DNA of 55,518 nt, taken from NCBI GenBank assembly GCA_947259245.1, contig CAMYLP010000007.1, positions 1 through 55,518 on the forward strand, in the 5' to 3' direction. Shown in pieces: positions 24,030-31,461 of the stretch. The translations under genes were made by a program, and so were the position numbers. The stretch's first letter is position 1. Every line of letters begins with the position of its first letter. The notes beneath the pieces are model-generated. The model saw only the letters and a list, made by a program, of their open reading frames with translations. It was not told the origin of the DNA and searched no databases. Origin of the DNA: an uncultured Patescibacteria group bacterium. Its GTDB lineage: Bacteria; Patescibacteriota; Minisyncoccia; Phycocordibacterales; UBA12088.

Positions 24030-25205
24030 ATGGTGTACATAGAGCGTGTGGGCTGGAGAGCACCAAAGACCCTGTTCGTTCTCATTGTAGCGTGTCTCGT
24101 AGTGCCTGTGTCGATAGTGCATTCGCAGTATGCGGCCACAACAACAGTATCGCTGTCAGTATGTGGCGACGCGCTAGTCGCACCAAGCGAATTCTGTGAT
24201 GATGGCACCAACACCGGCGCCTACTCGACCAGCACCACAGGAAGGAACTGCAATCCACTCTGCAGCGCGTGGGGACCGTACTGCGGGGATAGCGTGACGC
24301 AGGTATTTAATGGTGAGGAGTGCGACGATGGCAATAATGTTGCGGGTGATCTCTGCGACGCATTGTGCCAGAATGAATCACCACCTGTGACCGAAGGGGG
24401 AGGGGGCGGTGGAAGTTCCGGCGGCGGCGGCGGTCGTAGTAGCGGTAACAACGGTATTCCAGGCGCTTCCACAGACGGTGAAATTGACTATGAAGGTGAC
24501 ACAGATGTCAGAATCAGCGGACGCGCTTGTCCGGGCGCGACAGTGACCGTATTACGGGATGGGGATATTGAACGTTTAGTCGAAACTGACGGCAATGCAG
24601 AATTCAATTTTACACTTGCGGACCAGGTACCCGGCATAACCACCTTCGGATTCTGGGCCCTCGACGGTGCCGACAGGCGCTCCATCACCTACTCAGCAAC
24701 GTTCCAGATAGTCGAGAACGCGGTGACCACCCTTTCCGGCGTGCTCATCCCACCAACCCTTGCTGTCATACCGGAGCGGGTAGCACCCGGAGGCACCGTG
24801 TCATTTGAGGGGTGCGCACTACCCAGCACCAACGTACAAGCATACATTGATGATGGCGAGCGACCTGAAATTACAGTTGCAGCCAATAATGGAGACTGGG
24901 CTATTTCGTACGATACTACGCAGCTTGCAGCGGAGGTATTTCACACAGTAAAAGCAAACTACATCGATCCTCTCAATAGTGAGCTGAAGAGCGGCTTCAG
25001 TCAGATAAACAACTTCTACGTTGGCAACAGAGACGTTGACACGAACCTCACCGCTGACCTTAACTTTGACGGGTTCGTCAACCTGACAGATTTCTCCATA
25101 CTTTTGTTCAATTGGAACACGCAGAACACCAATGCGGATATCAATCAAGACGGAACTGTCTCACTGCCTGACTTCTCCATCATGCTGTTCTACTGGACGG
25201 GCTAA
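24030..25205 (+). CDS. Secreted protein: Cys-rich repeats (myxococcal/DUF4215 type) + Gly-rich linker + Ig-like domains + C-terminal dockerin
   Basis: The ATG at 24030 lies 1 nt after the upstream stop, and the ORF-track extension to 23817 overlaps the upstream gene. The protein has a signal anchor (LFVLIVACLVVPVSIV). CGD..EFCDDG..C..LC and CGD..EECDDGNN..GDLCDALC are the Cys-rich repeats. The dockerin is at the C-terminus. Confidence 0.85.
   Translation: MVYIERVGWRAPKTLFVLIVACLVVPVSIVHSQYAATTTVSLSVCGDALVAPSEFCDDGTNTGAYSTSTTGRNCNPLCSAWGPYCGDSVTQVFNGEECDDGNNVAGDLCDALCQNESPPVTEGGGGGGSSGGGGGRSSGNNGIPGASTDGEIDYEGDTDVRISGRACPGATVTVLRDGDIERLVETDGNAEFNFTLADQVPGITTFGFWALDGADRRSITYSATFQIVENAVTTLSGVLIPPTLAVIPERVAPGGTVSFEGCALPSTNVQAYIDDGERPEITVAANNGDWAISYDTTQLAAEVFHTVKANYIDPLNSELKSGFSQINNFYVGNRDVDTNLTADLNFDGFVNLTDFSILLFNWNTQNTNADINQDGTVSLPDFSIMLFYWTG
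24162..24377 (+). repeat. Two Cys-rich repeats of the CGDG..E.CDDGN type
   Basis: CGDALVAPSEFCDDGTNTG...CNPLC and CGDSVTQVFNGEECDDGNNVAGDLCDALC. Confidence 0.7.
25056..25199 (+). other. Dockerin-like module (two EF-hand-like segments)
   Basis: DLNFDGFVNLTDFSILLFNW ... DINQDGTVSLPDFSIMLFYW. Confidence 0.75.
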
Positions 25206-25218
25206 GGGTACGAGTATC

Positions 25219-26322
25219 ATGTCAAACATCCGTCACTATCCACTTCGTCATCGCCTCATCTCCCGTGGGCTACGGTATACTGGTAGTATGCGAATACTAC
25301 GTGTGCTGGCGTTATTTGTCGTAGCAGGAGGTCTTCCTGGTGCGCTACATGCGGCACAAATATACATAGACCTTGAATCGTCAAGCTATAGTCGTGCCGA
25401 TACTTTCTACGCTCCGGTACGTATCGACACACAGGGAGAATGTATCAATGCGGTATCGGTAGTGGTAGCATACGATCCGGAAGTCCTACATGTTCAAGAC
25501 GTCTCACTGGGGGATTCGATCATTACCCTCTGGACAGAACAGCCCACCATCGATCGGGAAAACGGCAGAGTCAGCTTCTCCGGCGGTGTACCCGGTGGAT
25601 TTTGTGGGCGCCTGATGGGCGATCCCGGCCTCACGAACACACTGGTTAAGTTGGTCGTGACCGGTGCGCCGCAAGCACGCGAGGTGACGCTCGGAGCCAC
25701 GACGTCACTCATCATCGAGCCAGGTACCAGTGTCTTCCTGCACGATGGGGCGGGTGGTGTGGCACCCCTCACAGTGCTTGGTGCCGAGGTGCATATGGTG
25801 TCCACCACCACCACACCGGTAAATGCATGGCTCGGTGATGTCGGTACAGACAGCACGGCACCCGAACTGTTCGAAGTTACACTGGTCAAGGGACCATCAC
25901 CCGGAAACAAACTGCACTACATCACGTTTAATACCACGGATAAGCAGAGCGGCATCGACCACTATGAGGTTTTAGAAACAGATCCCGATAAGTTTGGATT
26001 TCTTACGTGGGTACCACGCGAAGCATACTGGGTCCCGGCAAACAGTCCATCATATGTGCTGCGTGACCAGAAACTCCGCAGCAAAATAATGGTGAAAGCG
26101 GTCGACAAGAACGGTAACGAGCGAGTAGTAACGTATACGCCACCCATGAGTCCGCTTGCCACGTTTACACGCGCAAGCTTTCTCATACCGCTAGCAATCA
26201 TCATCGTTGTTCTTGGTGCACTGACCGTGCTTGCTGTACGGCTGATGCGCGTACGGCGTCGCCTCGAAGCGCACACAGACGCTGACTCGGACACAACAGA
26301 ACATGAACATGAAGAGAATTAG
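25219..26322 (+). CDS. Cohesin-like domain protein with C-terminal TM anchor
   Basis: The start is moved to the ATG at 25219, 14 nt after the upstream stop. It has a signal segment (ILRVLALFVVAGGLPGALHA) and a cohesin-like region. The TM segment FLIPLAIIIVVLGALTVLAV is followed by RLMRVRRR and an acidic tail. Confidence 0.8.
   Translation: MSNIRHYPLRHRLISRGLRYTGSMRILRVLALFVVAGGLPGALHAAQIYIDLESSSYSRADTFYAPVRIDTQGECINAVSVVVAYDPEVLHVQDVSLGDSIITLWTEQPTIDRENGRVSFSGGVPGGFCGRLMGDPGLTNTLVKLVVTGAPQAREVTLGATTSLIIEPGTSVFLHDGAGGVAPLTVLGAEVHMVSTTTTPVNAWLGDVGTDSTAPELFEVTLVKGPSPGNKLHYITFNTTDKQSGIDHYEVLETDPDKFGFLTWVPREAYWVPANSPSYVLRDQKLRSKIMVKAVDKNGNERVVTYTPPMSPLATFTRASFLIPLAIIIVVLGALTVLAVRLMRVRRRLEAHTDADSDTTEHEHEEN
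25351..25670 (+). other. Cohesin-like module 1 (approximate borders)
   Basis: IYIDLESSSYSRADTFYAPVRIDTQGECINAVSVVVAYDPEVLHVQDVSLGDSIITLWTEQPTIDRENGRVSFSGGVPGG. Confidence 0.6.
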
Positions 26323-28126
26323 TTTGATAGTAGCACTGGTTGTCCTACACATGATCGGTACCACGCCGAACGTTGACGCTGCTGAGGCCGCGCTTTCACT
26401 GACGCCGTCCAATGGCATTTACCCTATTGGGGAGGCCTTTGAGGTTGACGTGCGCATCGATACCGGGGGCAGTGATATCGGAAGTGCTGATATGAGCTTG
26501 GTGTATGACCCGGCGGACATGGAGTATGTTGCAGTATCGGATGAAGGATCGATATTTTCTACACTCCTCGTGGACAGTGACACGTCCCCTGGGCGTATTG
26601 AGTTATCTGGTTTTATTGCACGCGGTCGCGCTACGTACAGTGGAAGTGACGGGCACGTAGCACAGTTGACCTTCGTGCCGCTAAGAAATGTGGCGACGGA
26701 GGTACGATTCGCCTCGGGCTCTGCGACACCACCACTCTCACTCACGGCGTCAGTTGGCGACCTCACCAATGTACTCACCAATCTACGTGCTGCCACCTAC
26801 ACGCTCGTGCCGCGTGAAAGTGTTGCACCGGCCGCCGTCGTATACGCTCAGGAAGCAGAGGGCTTTGAGATAACACCACTCCCGGTACCTGATCATGAGT
26901 GGTTTGCGACGACGAGCGTGAAGTTATCGTGGACACTCCCGGACAGTGTCGTAGAAATGCGCACCACGGTGTCCGATGACCCGAATGCGACACCTGATAC
27001 GAACTACCCCATACCGCTCACCTCTGTAGAGTTGACCGAGCTTGCCGAAGGACAACAATTTTTTATGCTGCAATTCAAATACGGAGATAGCTGGGGCAAT
27101 GCTATCCGTTACCCGATAGCCATTGATAGTACGGGACCAAGTCACATAGTGCTCAAGGAAGAAGAGCGTCAGGATGAGAGTGATCCGCGTGTAGGCATTG
27201 CCATCGAAGCGAGTGATGAGCTTTCGGGCATCGGGTACTACGAGATCGGTATAGATGGTGCCCAGGCGACGTTATGGGAGCGTCCAGCAAACGGTATCTA
27301 TATTCCCGATGACCTCAGTCCAGGTGAACACGTACTGACGGTGACGGCATATGATCGAGCAGGGAACAGCACTTCGACCGACCTCCTCTTTCTCGTGAGG
27401 TCACTCGATCCCCCGGTGCTCGTAGATGCACCGGACCATGTTCTCACGGGTGATAGTATTACTGTGCGCGGTACCACGTACCCCAATGCGGAAGTTACTG
27501 TCTACACTTCGTACGATGATGGGGAGGCGTCGGAACATGTTGTACGTAGCGATGATGCGGGCGGATTTGTGGCAACCTTAACCGAAGGTGCGCGTGCAGG
27601 CAAGTATACTGTTTCCTTCAAGGTCACGGACGAACGAGGTGCCGCAAGTCCGGTTTCCATCAAACGTTCCATCAACGTGAAACAGCCGTACATTATGCTA
27701 TACGGAAACGTTGCGGTAACATACCTCTCTGTCCTAGTACCGCTCCTAGCACTCATCGTACTGCTAGTGCTCACGCTGTGGCTCAGTTTCGTGTTCGTAC
27801 GAAGTTACAAACGACGTATCGGTCGGGAGACAAATGAAGTGTACCACGTCGTTCATGATGAGTTCAAAGAACTCCGCAAATACTTGATACAACAGATAGG
27901 CACGCTGGAAAAAGCGAACCAGTCGCGGGAGCTGACCCGTGAAGAAATGCAAATTTTTACTGAGCTCTCAAAACGTCTCGACCATATTGAGCGCCACATC
28001 CAAGAGGAGGTTGATGACATCACGACTGTTGAACCCGAGGTAGATGGAGAAGTAAGACGCCGTAGCACTCGCACCGCGGACGTCTCTACACCGAAGAAGC
28101 ACACAATTACCATCGAGCGAACATAA
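26303..28126 (+). CDS. Cohesin-like domain protein with Ig-like domains, TM segments and a ~110-aa charged cytoplasmic tail
   Basis: 607 aa, overlapping the upstream gene by 20 nt. It has a signal peptide (ISLIVALVVLHMIGTTPNVDA) and an N-terminal cohesin-like region. The hydrophobic block VAVTYLSVLVPLLALIVLLVLTLWLSFVFV is followed by a helical K/E/R-rich tail. Confidence 0.85.
   Translation: MNMKRISLIVALVVLHMIGTTPNVDAAEAALSLTPSNGIYPIGEAFEVDVRIDTGGSDIGSADMSLVYDPADMEYVAVSDEGSIFSTLLVDSDTSPGRIELSGFIARGRATYSGSDGHVAQLTFVPLRNVATEVRFASGSATPPLSLTASVGDLTNVLTNLRAATYTLVPRESVAPAAVVYAQEAEGFEITPLPVPDHEWFATTSVKLSWTLPDSVVEMRTTVSDDPNATPDTNYPIPLTSVELTELAEGQQFFMLQFKYGDSWGNAIRYPIAIDSTGPSHIVLKEEERQDESDPRVGIAIEASDELSGIGYYEIGIDGAQATLWERPANGIYIPDDLSPGEHVLTVTAYDRAGNSTSTDLLFLVRSLDPPVLVDAPDHVLTGDSITVRGTTYPNAEVTVYTSYDDGEASEHVVRSDDAGGFVATLTEGARAGKYTVSFKVTDERGAASPVSIKRSINVKQPYIMLYGNVAVTYLSVLVPLLALIVLLVLTLWLSFVFVRSYKRRIGRETNEVYHVVHDEFKELRKYLIQQIGTLEKANQSRELTREEMQIFTELSKRLDHIERHIQEEVDDITTVEPEVDGEVRRRSTRTADVSTPKKHTITIERT
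26390..26720 (+). other. Cohesin-like module 2 (approximate borders)
   Basis: LSLTPSNGIYPIGEAFEVDVRIDTGGSDIGSADMSLVYDPADMEYVAVSDEGSIFSTLLVDSDTSPGRIELSGFI...AQLTFVPL. Confidence 0.65.
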
Positions 28127-28128
28127 AT

Positions 28129-28160
28129 ACAGGGTTGGTACCGAGAGGTACCAACCCTGT
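28129..28160. terminator. Perfect 14-bp inverted repeat between convergent genes (probable bidirectional terminator)
   Basis: ACAGGGTTGGTACC-gaga-GGTACCAACCCTGT. It lies 3 nt after the stop at 28126 and 12 nt before the stop of the minus-strand gene. The flanks are only weakly T-rich. Confidence 0.55.
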
Positions 28161-28171
28161 TGAAAGAAACA

Positions 28172-28663
28172 TCAGTGGCCGCGTGTACGCTTAATGCATG
28201 CCCAGATCTCACCGTGCGTATGGTCGACCTGCACGGTATGCATGCGCTGAATAGCCGCACCGGAACCTGCCACACCTGCGCCGAGCAGAACGGCGGGTGA
28301 CGCAAGGAGACCAAGCGCCAGGGAACCGCCTACGACTGCAGATGCTTTCGTTGCCGCGTGTGGGTCGGCGGGGCGTTCACCTAACACGATCTGTGGTTTG
28401 CCGTTCTGCGACCGCTCAGTATTGAGCTCAGTGACGCAGCTATCCAGGGCTTCCTTCGTTGGTTCGTCCAAGCCGATTGGTGGCTTGTAATAGTAGGGCT
28501 TCGGCTTGGTTTTACGCATACTCGACACTTTGTCCGAGGCAGCTGATGCGCCGTTGCTAATGCTCTCTTTAACAGAGGCGAGCGTTGTACCTGTTGTCTG
28601 ACACCCACTGCTTATAGCGAGGGTAAGCACAGCGACCATGCAGGTCGTGATAGTTCGTTTCAT
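28172..28663 (-). CDS. Lipoprotein of unknown function with a Gly-zipper-like C-terminal region
   Basis: Lipobox LAISSGC after a basic/hydrophobic N-terminus (MKRTITTCMVAVLT). GGAGG (28670-28674) lies 6 nt upstream of the ATG. The C-terminus has AVVGGSLALGLLASPAVLLGAGVAGSGAA. Confidence 0.8.
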   Translation of the reverse strand: MKRTITTCMVAVLTLAISSGCQTTGTTLASVKESISNGASAASDKVSSMRKTKPKPYYYKPPIGLDEPTKEALDSCVTELNTERSQNGKPQIVLGERPADPHAATKASAVVGGSLALGLLASPAVLLGAGVAGSGAAIQRMHTVQVDHTHGEIWACIKRTRGH

Positions 28664-28759
28664 TTTTGACCTCCCGAGGTCGTCACGGTGACAGTATTGT
28701 CTACCACAAGAGTACTGAACGGTGTCGTTCTGTCAACATCTTGTATGTGTGGACTGAAC

Positions 28760-29470
28760 CTAGCGGAAGAGGAGCGCGAGCGAACGCTGCTCGCCACTTG
28801 TTGCCATGTTTGAAATGACGATGCCAATATCGGCGAGTGTTATCTTACCGTCCTGATTCAAGTCGTAGCCACGCTGATAGGAGAGGAATAAGCGTGCGGA
28901 AACCAGACCGAAGTCAAGCAAGTTGACCGTGCTATCCCCGTTTACATCTGGAGATGGGTGCGTGGCAGGGCGTATGGAGAGCGTGATAGGTTTGGCTTCG
29001 CAGTCAACTTGTCTGCCGGTACCGTCATGAGCAAGCAATTGGATATCAGTGACGTCAATTGTTGCTGTACCTTCCTTCAACGGTGTTGCGGTAACTGAAA
29101 GTACGATGCCTGTCCCCAGGAAGCCAGAATCACTCACAATACCACCTGAGAAATGTACGCGGTGACCGTCCTCAACAGATGGTTCTTCAGACCACAAGTC
29201 GATAATGGACAGGGAACGGTCGGTACCGACTATTTCGACGTACTCTTTTGGAGCGATGAGCGTTGCTCCAATGACGTTTATCGGTTCATCGGTCTTAGCG
29301 GTTAGGTGTAGCGTTACGGTCTCCCCCACTTCCACAAAACGGTTATCCTCGGGCACCAAACAAACTTCGTCCGGGTTCCGCACGAGGGAGAGTGAAGAAG
29401 CGAGCAGCAGCGCCATAGGCACTCCCACTACAATTTTGTATCTATGCTGTTGTAGTCGGTACCTCACCAT
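28760..29470 (-). CDS. Secreted protein carrying both a cohesin-like and a dockerin-like module
   Basis: 236 aa with a signal segment (IVVGVPMALLLASSLSL). The cohesin-like core is at 29036-29335 and the dockerin at 28805-28948. Confidence 0.8.
   Translation of the reverse strand: MVRYRLQQHRYKIVVGVPMALLLASSLSLVRNPDEVCLVPEDNRFVEVGETVTLHLTAKTDEPINVIGATLIAPKEYVEIVGTDRSLSIIDLWSEEPSVEDGHRVHFSGGIVSDSGFLGTGIVLSVTATPLKEGTATIDVTDIQLLAHDGTGRQVDCEAKPITLSIRPATHPSPDVNGDSTVNLLDFGLVSARLFLSYQRGYDLNQDGKITLADIGIVISNMATSGEQRSLALLFR
28805..28948 (-). other. Dockerin-like module
   Basis: DVNGDSTVNLLDFGLVSARL ... DLNQDGKITLADIGIVISNM. Confidence 0.75.
29036..29335 (-). other. Cohesin-like module 3 (approximate borders)
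   Basis: VEVGETVTLHLTAKTDEPINVIGATLIAPKEYVEIVGTDRSLSIIDLWSEEPSVEDGHRVHFSGGIV..GIVLSVTATPLKEGTATIDV. Confidence 0.6.
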
Positions 29471-29606
29471 ACGACATTACATATATTGTAGCAAAATAAC
29501 GCTATTGTGATGCTTAGAGCTGTAGATAACGTAGAGTGAGGTACCAAGTGACACGGCATGGAAGGTCTATCCACCGCGTGCTCGTCAAATGTATCCCGGA
29601 GGGGGT

Positions 29607-29612
29607 TATACT
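29607..29612 (+). promoter_or_regulatory. -10 box TATACT, 7 nt upstream of ATG 29620
   Basis: Read directly from the sequence. Confidence 0.45.
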
Positions 29613-29619
29613 GAAGGAC

Positions 29620-30108
29620 ATGGAAGTATTCAGATTCATACATCGCAGGAAACACGCGGTGGTATCAGGAGCTGCCGGTGCCACCTTGGGTGGTGAGACG
29701 GTCGTGATACTCGGCATAGCGAACCTCATCGCCGATGGTTTCTCCATGGGCGCTTCAAGCTTTCTCTCCATCCGTACAGAAGAGGATGTCCGTCGGACGA
29801 ATGGTCTGCTACGCCGCAGGCGTCAAAAGAACTTGAAGGCACTTCGACGCTCACTTGTTACATTTGGTGCATTCGTCGTTGCAGGTGCTATGCCCCTTGC
29901 ACCGTTTGTGTACGACGTCACGGGGAGTAGCGTCTTCCTCGTCTCGGCTGTTGCTGCTGGCTGTACTTTCTTTGTCGTTGGGGGTGCTCGCACTATCGTA
30001 ACGAAACGAGGTTTCTTTACATCTGGTCTCGAGATGCTTACAATTGGCGGCATTGCTGCAACACTGGCCTACAGCATAGGGTACGGCGTGCACGCACTAA
30101 TATCATAA
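29620..30108 (+). CDS. VIT1/CCC1-family (iron/manganese) transporter-like membrane protein
   Basis: Matches the VIT-family membrane core: ILGIANLIADGFSMGASSFLSIRTEED, AGAMPLAPF, GGARTIVTKRGFFTSGLEMLTIGGIAATLAY. I chose the ATG at 29620 because TATACT (29607-29612) lies 7 nt upstream. The ORF-track start at 29536 is the alternative. Confidence 0.75.
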   Translation: MEVFRFIHRRKHAVVSGAAGATLGGETVVILGIANLIADGFSMGASSFLSIRTEEDVRRTNGLLRRRRQKNLKALRRSLVTFGAFVVAGAMPLAPFVYDVTGSSVFLVSAVAAGCTFFVVGGARTIVTKRGFFTSGLEMLTIGGIAATLAYSIGYGVHALIS

Positions 30109-30117
30109 CCATACGCC

Positions 30118-31350
30118 ATGCTGGACACATTTCGTACCACATTTGTATACGTCGCGATCGTCGTGGTCCTTGGCACCGTGTTTGTGCTTGCCCCCGACAG
30201 CAGAGCTCAGGAAACCTCTGATGCACTACCACTCAGTGAGCTTATGGCTGCGCCCGGTCCAGAAGCGGTAGAAAAGGCAACACTGTACTTCTTTCATAGC
30301 CCAACGTGTCCGCACTGTCGGGAAGAGCAAGTGTTTCTGGACCGAATGCAAGATAAGTACCCTGAGCTCGAGATACATCGTTATGAAGCGGCAGACACAA
30401 CGTACCAACCACTGATGGTACAGCTTGCTCGTGATCATGGTGCCGAACAGTACCTTGGTCTGGTACCACTTACGTTCGTGAACGGACAGTACTTCACTGG
30501 GTATGACAGTCACACGACCACGGGCGTTGAGATAGAACGAGCAATACGTGAGCTACTCAAACTACCGCCGATGGAAGAGCACAGCGAACCCGTGCGAGAA
30601 GGCATCCATGTACCCATTGTGGGCACCGTCTACCCAGAAGACTATTCATTGGGAGCGCTTGCTATAACCCTCGGCTTTCTCGACGGCTTCAATGTGTGTT
30701 CGCTCGGGGCACTGATACTCATCATCGGCCTTTCGTTGAAGCTGCAGCGACGCCGTGCCATTGTCCTCTTTGGCGGCCTGTTCATCCTTACCACAGCACT
30801 CGTCTACGGTGGGCTCATTGTCGCGTGGTACAAGATATTTGACCTTTTCACCCAGTACATCACCCTCATGAAGGTCGGTGTCGCGTTCCTCGCGCTCGGA
30901 GGAGGACTGTATTTCCTCAAAGAGTACCTCCGTATGCGGAAAGTCGGCGCGGTATGCGAGCTAACACAGTCGCCTTTCATCAACAAGCTTATGGAGCGCA
31001 CCGGCAATGCCTTTGAGGACAATGGCAAGCTCCTCACGATACTCGGTGCCGTCTTTTTGTTCGCGGCGGTGGTGACCGTCGTGGAGTTCCCGTGCTCTGC
31101 CGCGGTCCCGGTCGTGTTTGCGGGAATCCTCGCGGAAGCCGGACTCTCGACCGCAGGTTACCTCGGCTACATTGGCCTCTTCGTACTCTTCTACATGCTC
31201 GATGAGCTCATCATCTTCAGCATTGCCGCGTACCGCTTGAAGCTTTGGATGATGAACGGTACATTCACAAAATATGCGGTGCTTGCTGAAGCACTCATTT
31301 TGACCGCTATTGGGGCGTGGTACCTTGGCGCGGCGACAGGAATCTTCTAG
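30118..31350 (+). CDS. Thioredoxin-fold (CPHC) domain fused to a DsbD/CcdA-like multi-pass membrane domain
   Basis: N-terminal anchor, then LYFFHSPTCPHCREEQVFL (a thioredoxin-type CxxC). At least six hydrophobic helices follow, with conserved-looking Cys in DGFNVCSLGALIL and VVEFPCSAAVPVVF. Confidence 0.75.
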   Translation: MLDTFRTTFVYVAIVVVLGTVFVLAPDSRAQETSDALPLSELMAAPGPEAVEKATLYFFHSPTCPHCREEQVFLDRMQDKYPELEIHRYEAADTTYQPLMVQLARDHGAEQYLGLVPLTFVNGQYFTGYDSHTTTGVEIERAIRELLKLPPMEEHSEPVREGIHVPIVGTVYPEDYSLGALAITLGFLDGFNVCSLGALILIIGLSLKLQRRRAIVLFGGLFILTTALVYGGLIVAWYKIFDLFTQYITLMKVGVAFLALGGGLYFLKEYLRMRKVGAVCELTQSPFINKLMERTGNAFEDNGKLLTILGAVFLFAAVVTVVEFPCSAAVPVVFAGILAEAGLSTAGYLGYIGLFVLFYMLDELIIFSIAAYRLKLWMMNGTFTKYAVLAEALILTAIGAWYLGAATGIF

Positions 31351-31461
31351 TGGGTACGTTACCGCAACGTGTGGAAAACTATACTGCGACCTCATCAAAC
31401 TCTGTTAGCATGTAATATACCATCTTGCGCTGTGCGTAATTGTTACTAACAATCAGTTTTT

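Noticed and set aside
24393-24455. A GGN/GGC-rich DNA tract that looks like a simple-sequence repeat.
   Set aside because: It is in frame and encodes a Gly/Ser linker (GGGGGGSSGGGGGRSSGNNG) between the Cys-rich repeats and the Ig-like domains. It is not a non-coding repeat or a phase-variation tract of a single repeated unit.
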